Positions 36,786 to 49,794 are shown, numbered from the stretch's first letter. The stretch is 64,000 bases of DNA from Octopus sinensis (GCF_006345805.1 NC_043003.1:6510001-6574000); one strand, 5' to 3'. Notes: a model not told the origin generated them from the sequence alone. Made by a program: numbers and translations.

Positions 36786-37271
36786 TACTTCAAACACCGT
36801 TGAACCCCAAGTGCGAACTCGACTGGTAAGGTCAGCCGCAATGGATATATGATATTGTACACTTTGATTAATATATATATATATATACACTCACTACATA
36901 CACTCACATAGACATACATAGAAGCTTTCACTAGCAAACAACAGGTGTAAGAATTTCTAATTATTTCTTTACTAAGTTACGTCAGTGATGTGTCAAGGTT
37001 GATAAATTCGGGTGTTTTCACGACAAACGGAAGTGACCAGACAATCCAGACAGTTGTTTATGGAAATAGAATAAAGAAGGAGAACAATAAACAATAGGGT
37101 AGAGTTTTATGTGTTTTCGTTTTTTTTAAGTTGAAATGTGAAAATTGCTGAGACGCAATACTATTTGTGAAAAACCAGTTTCTTGTTTGTAGGAAGAATT
37201 TTAAAAATTTAGACAGAGTGAGAAAGAGAGAGGGTATACACATCCACTATACAAACACAAACACACAACAC

Positions 37272-37345
<74 letters not shown>

Positions 37346-38034
37346 TATATCTATATATATATTATATATATATATATATTATATATATATATATACATAT
37401 CTATATATATGCAATCATTCACACATATATGAATGCATGTGAACTCATACATTTTACAAACATACGTAAAGATCTACAAATACAAATTTATTAAATCATA
37501 CACAAGTGGGAATCTTTTATGGGAAATTCTTGAAGCAGAAAATGTTGTTGGTTTCAGGTTTTTCAAATTTCCAGTATTTTTTTAAATGTATCTAAAAAAC
37601 GGGACAGCTTGTGAATAGGATTCGTGCCTAAACACATTACATTTTATAATATATCGTATACACACCCTGAATGTTGCTTTATATAGATTTTTAATAGTTT
37701 TTCATACGTAATAAAAGTGAAACATCAGTGTCCGCCTACAGTGTCATGTTTTGCTTAAAAGGTTGCACTACGCGTCCGCTGTTTGTTTTTTTTTATTTTT
37801 GACTCTGCAGGTTTTAGGTTTTATGTAAAATAAAAGAAAAAACAAAAAAACAAAGCATTGGGAAAGATTAGAGGGAAATAAAATGAAAAGCGAAAAACGC
37901 CAGTGTTTTTATTTTGAAGACAATGAAGAATTAATGACTCTGGTTATTTTACTGTCGTGAAGGTAAATTCAGATCTTGTGCGAAAATAATGATTTGTGCT
38001 TACTACACACACACACACACACACACACACACCC

Positions 38035-38074
<40 letters not shown>

Positions 38075-38079
38075 TTTTT

Positions 38080-38640
38080 TTTCTTGTTTCAGCTCAGAGC
38101 TGCGACCATGCTGATGCACCGCCGTTTTGTGCTACAGTGTTATTACTAAGAGCCTCCTCTAATATGTGGAACTTGGTGAAGAATGGAGTTTGATATAGCT
38201 ACTCTCATTTGCACCTCTTGCCGTGAGGTAGGTTCATCTGGGACTCTCGACAGGAAGATGTCCAGCTTTGATTTAAAAAACGCTACATCTACTTTGTGCA
38301 AGTTCCTCAGACTCTTTGGGAGAATATTAAAAAGCTGTGGGCCCTCGAAACCCAGGCTGTTGCAGTAACTGGTCTTGAAGCGTGATGGCATTGCTGGGAT
38401 CTTTGGCACTATGCAGTGTCGTCCCGTTCTAGCATTGGTGTAGCTTACAATGCAAAATTTGGCACAATTCCTTCCAGGATCTTCCAGACATATATTACTG
38501 CATATTTCTCCCGTCTTCTCTCCAGGGAGTAGAGTCTTAGTTGTTTCAATCTTTCCCAGTAGCTGAGCTGTTGCAAAGATGACGATCTTCTTTGTGAATC
38601 TTCTCTGGATTTCTTCAAGGGGACAGCCACATTTGAGAAA
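38080..38640 (-). mobile_element. 3' fragment of the 33790-36545 LINE family
   Basis: LSYWERLKQLRLYSLERRREKY; GPQLFNILPK; tail ggcggtgcatcagcatggtcgcagc..ctgaaacaag. Confidence 0.9.
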
Positions 38641-38649
38641 TCTCGAGGG

Positions 38650-38880
38650 GGTCGATATAATCGACTTAATCCGTTTGTCTATCCTTGTTTGTCCCCTCTA
38701 TGTGTAGCCCCTTGTAGGCAGTAAAGAAATAAGAAATGTTGGAAGAAGTGCCGCCTATTCTGGTTAGTGAAACTGAAAATGCTCTCAAACAGATGAAACC
38801 AGACAAAGCTCCAGGAAAAGACGACATAGCAACAGAGAAGTTAAGGTGAAAAGCTGAAGGAGGGTCAAATATTCTCGCTG
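38650..38880 (+). mobile_element. SINE B tail (38650-38735) followed by a short RTE RT fragment
   Basis: gtcgatataatcgacttaatccg...gtaaagaaat; EEVPPILVSETENALKQMKPDKAPGKDDI. Confidence 0.75.
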
Positions 38881-39017
38881 TGGGAAGAGACGAAAACCAT
38901 TTTGTTTCATTAGAAGGATGATACAGAAGCTGTTGCCCCACATGTCACAGGTCACCTTTTTTAAGTGGTTTACAAAACACTGATATAAACATAATATTTA
39001 CACTTGTAAGTTCATAA

Positions 39018-39053
<36 letters not shown>

Positions 39054-39951
39054 AAGCGCATATGCGTATGCATACATCTTGCATGCATACATATACGCAC
39101 ACTCACAATATACAATATTTAATCTGCCCTGTTTATAATCATACCATATGTTACACACACAAACACATACATATTTGTGCATGTGTGTGTGTGTGTATAT
39201 ATATGTGTGTATGTATATATATGTGTGCATATGTGTGTGTACGTATATATATGTGTGTGTGTGTGTGCACATGTGTGTGTATGTATATATATATATATGT
39301 GTGTGTGTATGTATATATATATATATGTGTGTGTGTGTGTATGTACATATATATATATATGTGTGTGTATGTATATATATATATATATTATATATATATG
39401 TGTGTGTGTGTGTGGTGTGGTGTATGTATATATACACAAACAATTCACCTGGGACCTAGGAAGCCACCACTTAACATTGTCTCTTCGTATCTTTGTAGTT
39501 TATTACTCAGACCCTTCAACGAGGCAGTAGGGGGCGCTTCTTTGTCATAACAGTTATTAATGAGACTGACAGGTGGTGCTATATGTCATCATGCGGTTGT
39601 TAATTATTTCTGCAAGCGAAGAAAATCGCTCAACATTTTACACACACTTTAATATGATTGTCTCCCTCTCGAATCCAATGGTGACCATCTCGCCTTCATT
39701 TACGGCCCCCCCCCCCCACCACCACCCTTAAAGTTTATCTTCGTTCTCAGATGAGGCAGAATAATGTTTGGCGCAGAAAAGCCCGATGCCTGCCTGTTTC
39801 CCTCTTCCCCCTTTTTTTTGTACACGAGGACCTTGAAATGGTGGCTGAGCTCGTTGTTTAGAAAATCTCCCTAATGCAGAAAAGGATAGATGTGGGGGAC
39901 AGAATCGAACTCTGGAGAATATCAGAGCTAACAGAATGTAAGTCAAAGAGT

Positions 39952-40306
39952 GGAGGCGCAATGGCCCAGAGGTTAGGGCAGCGGACTCGCGGTCGTAGGA
40001 TCGCGGTTTCGATTCCCAGACCGGGCGTTGTGAGTGTTTATTGAGCGAAAACACCTAAAGCTCCACGAGGATGGTGGTGATCCCTGCTGTACTCTTTCAC
40101 CACAACTTTCTCTCACTCTTACTTCCTGTTTCAAGGGGCCGGCCTTGTCACTCTCTATGTCACGCTGAATATCCCCGAGAACTGCGTTAATTGTACACGT
40201 GTCTGTGGAGTGCTCAGCCACTTACACGTTAATTTCACGAGTAGGCTGTTCCGTTGATTCGGATCAACCGGAACCCTCGTCGTCGTAACCGACGGAGTGC
40301 TTCCAC
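39952..40306 (+). mobile_element. SINE family C (tRNA-Arg-like head), intact, with TSD
   Basis: A box tggcccagaggttagg, B box gtttcgattcc; TSD aagtcaaaga at 39940-39949 and 40307-40316. Confidence 0.9.
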
Positions 40307-40319
40307 AAGTCAAAGAATC

Positions 40320-40419
40320 NNNNNNNNNNNNNNNNNNNNNNNNNNNNNNNNNNNNNNNNNNNNNNNNNNNNNNNNNNNNNNNNNNNNNNNNNNNNNNNNN
40401 NNNNNNNNNNNNNNNNNNN
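40320..40419. other. Assembly gap (100 N)
   Basis: Direct reading. Confidence 1.
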
Positions 40420-40432
40420 AACACCTCCTTAA

Positions 40433-40489
<57 letters not shown>

Positions 40490-40491
<2 letters not shown>

Positions 40492-40650
40492 TGGCTGTGT
40501 GGTAAGTAGCTTGCTTACCAACCACGTTGTTCTGGATTCAGTCCCACTGCGTGGTACGTCGGGCGAGGGTCTTCTACAATAGCCTCGAGCCGATCGAAGC
40601 CTAGTGAGTGGATTTGGTAGACGGAAATTGAAAGAAGCCCGTCGTATATA
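40490..40650 (+). mobile_element. SINE family A head
   Basis: gagtggctgtgtggtaagtagcttgc...ggtagacggaaattgaaagaagcc. Confidence 0.88.
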
Positions 40651-40682
40651 TAAAGATGTGTGGTGTGGTATAAGTTTATATA

Positions 40683-40722
<40 letters not shown>

Positions 40723-40723
<1 letters not shown>

Positions 40724-40925
40724 GGCGGCGAGCTGGCAGAAACGTTAGCACGTCTGTTGTAATGTTCTGAGTTCAAATTCCGCGAGGTCGACTTGGCTTT
40801 CATCCTTTCGGGGTCGATAAATAAAGTACCAGTTTCGCACTGAGATCGATGCAATCGACTTAATCCCTTTGTCTGTCCTTGTTTGTCCCCTCTATGTTTA
40901 GCACTTTGTGGGTAGTAAAGAAATA
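40723..40925 (+). mobile_element. SINE family B with Tx1-like tail
   Basis: ggcggcgagctggcagaaacg...gtgggtagtaaagaaa. Confidence 0.9.
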
Positions 40926-41571
40926 TATATATATATTTATATATATGAGTATGTGTGTATGTGTGTGTTAAAGGAGGGAGAGAGAGATGGTAGCAATTTG
41001 ACGTGGTGGGTTAAGATTGCGTGTGAGAAAGGATAATTTGTTAAAAACAGGAGGAAGAGGGGAGGGGACATTGAAGAGGGGGAAAAGAAGGAAGAGGAAG
41101 TGCGGAGAAAGAGAAAGGGATTGAAGATTAGGGCGAAGGTGGTGTTAGTTGTGAGGAATTATGGGAGGAAGGGTGAAGGGAAGTAACGAGGGGGCGGTAA
41201 GGAGCGGGAGAAGCAAAGAATGAATGTCATGTGAAATATGTAGGACGTATATGTGTGCGCGTGTGTATGTGTGCGTGTGATGTATGTGATGTGTATGGGT
41301 GTGTGTGTGTATGTCCGTGTGTGTGTGTGTGCGCGCACGCGCGTGTGGGTATGGTGAGTGCGTGTGAGTATTATTTTTTTACAAAAACAGTATTGAAAGT
41401 GAGTTCGAAGTTTAGGCCAGCTAAGCCAGAATAGTCTTGGCCGGAACTTCGAAGTCACTGTCAACAGTGTTCTTGTTAAGGATAATAAATCTGTGCCCAA
41501 CAAAAGTACGGAGCTATCTTTCGGGGATTAACGTAAAATCGTTTTAATTATAACTGAACATAAAAGCAAAC

Positions 41572-41572
<1 letters not shown>

Positions 41573-41602
<30 letters not shown>

Positions 41603-41764
41603 TGCATGCATGTATGTATGTATGTATGTATGTATGTATGTATGTATGTATGTATGTATGTATGTATGTATGTATGTATGTATGTATGTGTGTATGCATG
41701 TATGTATGTATGTATGTATGTATGTATGTATGCATGTATGTATGTATGTATGTATGTAAGTATG

Positions 41765-41795
<31 letters not shown>

Positions 41796-41898
41796 GTATG
41801 TATGTATGTATGTATGTATGTATATAAGTATGTATGTATGTATGTATGTATGCATGTATGTATGTAAGTATGTATGTACGTGTGTATGTCTGTGTGTT

Positions 41899-41930
<32 letters not shown>

Positions 41931-41995
41931 CGTGTGTATGTCTGTGTGTTTATATGTATGTATGTATGTGTTTGTATGTATGTATGTTTGTGTGT
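41573..41995. repeat. (TATG)n array
   Basis: Direct reading. Confidence 0.95.
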
Positions 41996-42509
41996 ATGTG
42001 TGTGTGTGGTGTGTGTGTGTGTATGCATTGAGCTGTATTCATTTTATTGTACCAAACATATATTACACACACACAAATACACACATCGCACAAAGACACA
42101 CATCACACACATACACACGCGCACACATACACATCCTACATATTTCACATGTGTGTGTAATACAGAATAGAAGCGTTTAGTGATATGTATAAATACAAAC
42201 TGATTCCCAGTTCAAGTATGTTTGGGGCGTACTCGAACCCGAAAGAAAGTCATTCACTGGATTCTTGTGAACGAGACCATTTCCCGCCGCAGACAAGAAA
42301 GAGGTAAACACACACGGTTAGGGTGGCCGGAATTTCGAGCAGCGCTTCGAAAACTTTCCCATCCTGTAGGGAATTTTTGTTGTTTTGATTTTTTTGTTTC
42401 ATTTGTATTTATTTTTTCTTTTGTTTATATGCCTTTATATACCGTATTGTTTGGTCCTGTACCGGTCTTCGTCTTTGTGTAAACTCTTCATTGTAAATAA
42501 AAAAGATAC

Positions 42510-42548
<39 letters not shown>

Positions 42549-42652
42549 GAGATAGTAACACATACCATATCATCATTATCATCGTCATCATCGTCGTAGT
42601 CGTCGTCGTTGTGGGTTGTTTTGTTGTTGTTGTTGTTGTTGTTGTGTTGTAA

Positions 42653-42750
42653 GGCGGCGAACTGGCAGAATCATTAAGCACGGCGTTCAAAATGTTGAGT
42701 GGCATTTCGTCCGTCTTTACTCTCTGAATTCAAATTCCCTCGAAACAGAG
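42653..42750 (+). mobile_element. SINE family B head, degraded
   Basis: ggcggcgaactggcagaatc...ctgaattcaaattccc. Confidence 0.75.
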
Positions 42751-43404
42751 GAATTTTTGTAATTTGGTGTATTGGTGTAATTTTCTATGCTGAATTTCAG
42801 GAGATAATTCACTTTTTTCCAGAAATTTTATTAAAAAAAAGTTTCAGAAAACAGGATTTGGAAGCTCTCATTTTGTGCGTGACAGCACGCGTTGTCAACT
42901 GAAAAAAAAATGAAATAGTGGTGGAATTCTGTTTTACGCACACCAAATAAATCTTCATAACTTCTTTATTTTTTAGAATTTTCAGAAACTTTTTGCGAAT
43001 TTGTATCCTACACATGTGAATTCATACGATTATGCAAAAAAAAAATTTCGCGTGATTTACGGCCTATTTAGCTGTTATTTTTATCACATCTCATACCACA
43101 TGTGTTTTTAGCATTTAATTAGCGACAAAAAGAACAGGTAGTTAACTGCTTGGTAACAGCTTGGCTTGTTGTTATGGAAACAAGGACCTATGTATCTGTG
43201 GCATTCGATTAGCTAAAATTATCCAAAATTTGCAAACTTTGAAAACTATCAACTCTTTATTTATTGATTTATGAATTTATTGATTTATGAAAACGAATTT
43301 CACATCAATGATTACTTTACAAAACTACACCAATACATCAAATATGAAATCAATTGGAACAAAAATTGAAGAAATTGAAAAGTGGCAGCCAAACAGAGAA
43401 GACC

Positions 43405-43535
43405 CTTGACTGACTTTGCCTTCCGTCCTTTCGTGATCGATATAATAAGTACTAGTTGAGCACTAGGGTCGGTGTAATCGACAAGCCTCCAACCCCAAAT
43501 TTCAGGTCTTGTATCGAAAGCAGAAAGGATTAATA
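43405..43535 (+). mobile_element. SINE family B body with type-2 tail, degraded
   Basis: gactttgccttccgtcctttcg...caaatttcaggtcttgtatcg..gaaaggatt. Confidence 0.7.
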
Positions 43536-43559
43536 TTACCTTTGAACGAGAGAGTAGCC

Positions 43560-44080
43560 ATCAAAGGGACGCCGGGGTACACTTGTAAAGTACTGTATAC
43601 CAGTCATGTCTACTTGTCTGATAAAGGTACACCAGATATATGCATCACAACAATATGGTGATCTCATATCAGGATAAACAGCGCATGACCTTTAATGTGG
43701 GGCCAGGGCCCAGTTAGAATTTTCTTCAAGTTGAGTAGCCCAACCCTCTCAAATGGTCCCTGAATAAGGATTGTTTCACAGCCATGTTTCCGGGAGTGAA
43801 TTATTCAAACCCCAAAGAATCCTTCTCAACACATAGCTATGATGTTCCTCTTCTACTCCTGCTCGTGATCAGAGATGCACATATCATCAGCCACCAAGGG
43901 ACATGTTCAACTGGTTAAGGTCAAAGCATCTGACAAACAAAATCGGTGGTAGGGAGCATAATGTTTGCTGCAGCTCATCATCTACACCAATGCAACCCAT
44001 GACTATCTTAGAACTTCCACTCAGTTAAGATCAGAAGCCATGAGAGCCCCTACTTGATATTGCATCAAGGTTATTATCAG
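43560..44080. mobile_element. Unclassified interspersed repeat (recalled as abundant in octopus)
   Basis: Recall only; single copy in this window, no ORF. Confidence 0.35.
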
Positions 44081-44088
44081 CATCATCG

Positions 44089-44139
<51 letters not shown>

Positions 44140-44144
<5 letters not shown>

Positions 44145-44950
44145 TAGTTTTATTTTTATAGCGTGCTTTCACTTCACTACCGAGCGCAGCTCTGGTGCCT
44201 TGGGTATGTGCTGTGATTTGTTGTGATGCTCTGATGGTTATTGTATGGAAAGTGTTCTGCGTAGGATGTGTGCAGTGCCTAGTAGTGCAATTTTCTGTAT
44301 GTTATATGTGTTTGTAAGTCCTGGTGTTTTTGTTATGTATTTGTCTGAATATTTTTTATCATGCCTAATGCACCTACTATGATAGGAATTGTTTCTGTTT
44401 TCAGATTCCACATTCTAGTTACCTCTATTTCCAGGTCTTTGTATTTTGAGAGTTTCTCCATTTCTTTTAGAGACACGTTGTCATCTGCGGTATTGATACA
44501 TCAATTAGAAAGCATTTTTTTTCTTCATGATCTCTGACAACTATATCTGGTCTGTTGGCCTTAATTCTCTATCTGTGTGTATCGGCATATCCCAGAGTAT
44601 GGTTGTTTTCTCGTTTTTGTGACCTTTTCTGGTGTGTGCCTATACCATCTTTTTTCTGTTGTTATTCCATAATGTTGGCATAGCTTCCAATGTATGTAGG
44701 TTCCAACTCTGTCATGTCTGTGAATATATTCCTTCTTAGCCAGGACTGGGCAGCTAGAGATAAATGATTTATTGTTTCTGTCCATCTCCACATATTCTGC
44801 AGTTACTTGTAATATTTCTTTTCATTACATGTTTTTGGTAATTTCTGGTGAGGAGGCTTTGGTCTTGTGGTGCAATTAAAAACTCTGTTTCTGCTTTGAG
44901 TCCTGAGCTTCTCAACCATTGCTGGGATTTTTCTTTGTCTATTTCTTTTG
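44140..44950 (-). mobile_element. R4/Dong-like LINE 3' fragment flanked by (TAA)n on both sides
   Basis: SCPVLAKKEYIHRHDRVG; PDIVVRD..CFLIDVS; IPIIVGALG; IALLGTAHILRR. Confidence 0.88.
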
Positions 44951-44959
44951 CGTTTAGTT

Positions 44960-45018
44960 TAGTATTATTATTATTATTATATTTTATTATTATTATTATT
45001 ATATTATTATTATTATTA

Positions 45019-45051
<33 letters not shown>

Positions 45052-45329
45052 ATCATCATATCATATTTATTATTATATTATTATTATATTATTTTATTAT
45101 TAATTATTATTATTATTATTATTATTATATTATTATCATTATTATCATTATTATTATCATTTTATTATTATTATCATCATCATTATTATTATTATCATAT
45201 TATTCATCATCATCATCATCATCATTATTATTATTATTACCATCATCATCATCATCATCATTATTATTATTATTACCATCATCATCATCATCATATTATT
45301 ATTTATTATATATTATTATTAATATTATT

Positions 45330-45360
<31 letters not shown>

Positions 45361-45640
45361 TTATTATAATTATTATTATCATTATTATTATTTCATCATC
45401 ATCATCATCATTATTATAATAATTATAATTATTGTTATTATTATATTTATTATTATTATTATTATTATTATTGTTATTATTATTATTTCATTATTATATT
45501 ATTATATTATTATATTATTATGTCATTATTATTTATTATTATTATTATATTATTATTATATTATTATTATTATTATTATTATTATTATCATTATTGTTAT
45601 TATTATTATTATTATTACCATCATCATCATCATTATTACT
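44960..45640. repeat. Long (TTA)/(TCA) compound microsatellite
   Basis: Direct reading. Confidence 0.95.
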
Positions 45641-46070
45641 TAGAGGAAGTGGGTGATGGTTGATGGCTTCAGTTTTGGATGAGATAAACCTGACCTCTGC
45701 AGCGACCTTAAACTAACTTGTCTAGCGATGGGAAAATCGCACACAAACCATCATCATTAAATGAAACCACTTTTCTGAAGAAATCACACACGCACGCGCG
45801 AGTATCATACACAGACACAAAGACACACACACACACACACACACTCACTCACTAAAGCTCATGGGGGACATGTTGCAAGAACGTAAACATTATATATAAT
45901 ATACATATCTATTTCACTATATTCTCATGACTGGGAGTGCAGATATACACATGTATATGTCAGTGATAGATATATAAGTAATGAGAAAGAGGCGGCGATG
46001 TACGCTGATAACATAACGTGTGTACGTGTGTATGTATGCATGTTTCCATGTATGGATATATATATATATA

Positions 46071-46711
46071 CTAGCAGTCTCGCCCGGCGTTGCTCGGGTT
46101 TCTAAAGGAAATAACTATATAAGCATTTTTAGAGAGTTATAGCAAAAAAATAGCAAAAAAATGCATTAAAAATGGAATAAAAAATGATGGTAATTTTTTT
46201 TTTAACTCGTTGACTCATCGTAGACATTTTTAGAGAGTTACTTCCCTTATATAATAGCGAAAAAATGCATTAAAATGGAAAAAATGATGGTAAATTTTTT
46301 TTTTTAATCGTAGACTCATGTAGACGCTTTCTTAGCCATTTCTGTTTTGGTGTCTTCAAGCTATGAAGTCGTTGTTCTAAAAGAACGCTGGTCTCCTTGA
46401 CAACGCATTACGACGTTGATTTCCTTACACTCCCTTCCTCACAGGTGCAGGTGTGAGCGTAGACGCCAACTCCGCCGCCATCGACACACGAAAAAATATG
46501 CATAAAAATGGAATAAAAAAATGATGTTAAATTATTTTTTAAATCGTAGAGACTCATCGTAGACGCGCGCTAATACCCAGACGGGCTCGATATGAATCAC
46601 GACTATAAGATACCCGAATTTGGTTTAACTGCACCGCAAAATGTGGGAGTAGTTAGGAATCTAAATCGAAGGGGACAGACACTCCACAAACTACAGTTTT
46701 ATATATATAGA
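46071..46711 (-). mobile_element. Non-autonomous Helitron with internal duplications
   Basis: 5' A|TC, 3' CCCG-N8-CGGG hairpin then CTAG|T. Confidence 0.88.
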
Positions 46712-46737
46712 TGTGTGTGTGGTACACACATAACATA

Positions 46738-46779
<42 letters not shown>

Positions 46780-46780
<1 letters not shown>

Positions 46781-47276
46781 TATATAGCAGTATCGCCGGC
46801 GTTGCTCGGGTTTGTAAGGGAAATAACTATATAAGCATTTTTAGAGAGTTACTTCCCTTATAGATGCCAATTCGGGCTTTCTTAGCCATTTCTGTTTTGG
46901 TGTCTTCAAGCCATGAAGTCGTTCTAAAAGAACGCTGGTCTCCTTGACAACGCTTACGACGTTGATTTCCTTACACTCCCTTCCCCACAGCTTTACGAGG
47001 GAGGGAAGAGGGGGAGAAGCAAACAGGTGCAGGTGTGACCATGGACGCCAACTCCGCCGCCATCGACACACGGAAAATTATGCATTAAAATGGAATAAAA
47101 AATTATGTTAAATTATTTTTAAAATCGTAGACTCATCGTAGACGCGCGCTAATACTCAGACGGCTCGATATGAATCACGACTATAAGATACCCGAATTTG
47201 GTTAAACTGCACCGCAAAATGTGGGAGTAGTAGGAATCTAAATCGAAGGGGACAGACACTCACACAACTACAGTTT

Positions 47277-47290
<14 letters not shown>
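46780..47290 (-). mobile_element. Non-autonomous Helitron, tandem second copy
   Basis: Same sequence as 57665-58177; termini blurred by (TA)n. Confidence 0.88.
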
Positions 47291-47310
<20 letters not shown>

Positions 47311-47428
47311 ATATTACATATATGTATATATATATATATATATGTGTGTGTATGCATTCATATATATGTATATCTATGTATGTATATATTATATATAGAT
47401 ATATATCTATGTATGTATATATATGTAT

Positions 47429-47485
<57 letters not shown>

Positions 47486-47558
47486 CATAGATATACACAC
47501 ATGTACATATTTATAAACACATACATAAATATATATATATATATATATATATATGATA

Positions 47559-48075
47559 TCTATATATATAAAACTGTAGTTGTGTGAGTGTCTGTCTCCT
47601 ACGATTTAGATTCCTAACTCCTCCCACATTTTGCGGTGCAGTTTAACCAAAACCGGGTATCTTATAGTCGTGATTAACATCGAGCCCGTCTGGCTATTAG
47701 CGTGCGTCTACGATGAGTCTACGATTTTAAAAATAATTTAACATCATTTTTTATTCTATTTTAATGCATAATTTTTCGTGTGTCGATGGCGGCGGAGTTG
47801 GCGTCCACGCTCAAACACCTGCACCTGTGTTTGCTTCTCCCCCTTCTTCCCTCCCTCGTGAAGCTGTGGGGAAGGGAGTTTAAGGAAATCAACGTCGTAA
47901 TGCGTTGTCAAGGAGACCAGCGTTCTTTTAGAACAACGACTTCATGGCTTGAAGACACCAAAACAGAAATGGCTAAGAAAGCCCGAATTGGCATCTATAA
48001 GGGAAGTAACTCTCTAAAAATGCTTATATAGTTATTTCCCTTACAAACCCGAGCAACGCCGGGCGATACTGCTAG
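47559..48075 (+). mobile_element. Non-autonomous Helitron, inverted third copy
   Basis: a|TCtatatatataaaactg...CCCGagcaacgcCGGG (48048-48063) cgatactgCTAG|t; no TSD. Confidence 0.92.
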
Positions 48076-48174
48076 TGGTGTATAATATATTTGTATGTAT
48101 ATGTGTGTATGTTTGTCATATATACAAATATATATAACTAGCTGAAGGTGACCCGCTCTACGCGCTTCCTTTCA

Positions 48175-48483
48175 GCACGTAAAAAGCACCATCCGAACGT
48201 GGCCGATTGCAGCGCCGACTTGACTTGCTTCTGTGCCGGTGGCACGTAAAAAGCACCAACCGATCGTTGCCGCTACGAGCCCCCCTGACACCTGTGCCGG
48301 CGGCACGAAAAAAGCAACCACTACACTCACAGTGTGGTTAGCGTTAGGAAGGTCATCCACCTGTAGAAACACTGCCAGATCAGACTGGAGCCTGGTGCAG
48401 CCTCCTGGCTTCCCAGACCCCGGTCACACTGTCCAACCCGTGCTAGCACGGAAAACGGACGTTAAACGATGATGATGATGATG
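48175..48483 (+). mobile_element. SINE body with RTE-like tail (head absent)
   Basis: Repeated tgtgccggtggcacgtaaaaagcacc motif, ttagcgttaggaaggtcatcc block, end ggacgttaaacgatgatgatg. Confidence 0.6.
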
Positions 48484-49319
48484 ATTCTCCATCTTTGTTT
48501 CTCTCTCCTTTCTCTCTCACTTTCCCACTCTCTTACTTTTCTTTTCTCTCGGACTCTCCCTCGCTTTCTCTTACTCTCTATCTTTATCTATCTCTCTCCC
48601 ATTTATAAACAACAGAAGATCTTGAGTAAGTTGAGAAATAAAATATTTAGAAAGATCAATCATAAATATCAGGCAGTAACAACGGAAAGGTCTGCTTCAA
48701 GGCAGACAACAAAACACTAACATTTAAAAGGGACAGACAAACTTGCGAGCTGAATAAAAATAATAAAATATTGGAAACCAAAGTTTGAAGGGATAGAATC
48801 TGAGGATAGTAGAGTCACCATGGCTGGCATTTCTTAACGACGGACAGCAACGTATTGACAGTTTAATGGCTGGCGTAAAATTTTGAACTTGATGTAAAAG
48901 AAAATTCGTAACACCAATTTTTTAAGTGATTCTTTCTCACGACAGTAGACTCACCATGGCAAGCATTCAAAACTTCTTTATCATGGACGGCAACACATTA
49001 ACGATTAAAAGGCAGGCGCAAATTTTTTAGCTTGATGTATCAGAGAATTCCTAAACACTCGCTCCTTGAAATTTTAATCCCCTTCCAGCCCCATTTAGAC
49101 CCCTTTTCACATTTTGGTTAATATAACCCGATTTCATTCGGGTCTACTGGGGCCACATTTTATAAGATGAGGAATTTTGTCCTAGAGGTGACGCCTTTCA
49201 TTTGAGGAAAAAAATAGTTGTCATGCTAACTTGCCAGCACTTTTAACATAGGTGTGCATATTTTCAGCTGAATCGACTGACTACGTAATGCACACATTAT
49301 ATATATATGTGTATATATA

Positions 49320-49350
<31 letters not shown>

Positions 49351-49754
49351 TGTGTGTTGTGTGTGTGTGTGTGCACGCATTATATATACAAATGTATACA
49401 AATGAGATATATATCTGTATAAATTAAATTAGAGATAAAACCACTAATAGGCAAATCAAACAGTGAAAAACCAAAAACAAAAACATTAGAAAATATATAA
49501 TATAGAAAATATATAAAATATAAAATTGAAAAATTTAAATTATTTAAATTGAAAATAAAAATTATTAAATTATATTTATAATTTCTTTTGAGAGAGAAAG
49601 AGAAAGAAAGAGAGAATGTAATGTGGAATGGTTTTGGTGTGAAGGTGGGGAACAGTTTTTAGAGAGAAGAGTAATGGGCGGAGGAGTGGCTGCAATGATA
49701 TTGTGTGTCGTTGTTTGTTTGTGATTGGGGCAAATGTTTACTGTTGGTTGATGC

Positions 49755-49794
<40 letters not shown>

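Noticed and set aside
39952-40025. tRNA-Arg gene
   Set aside because: A and B boxes are present but no proper acceptor stem, and it continues into a SINE body bounded by a TSD; the same applies to the SINE A and B heads.
42740-43370. Old inverted-repeat element
   Set aside because: Only about 28 bp of imperfect inverted match; ends and TSD cannot be defined.
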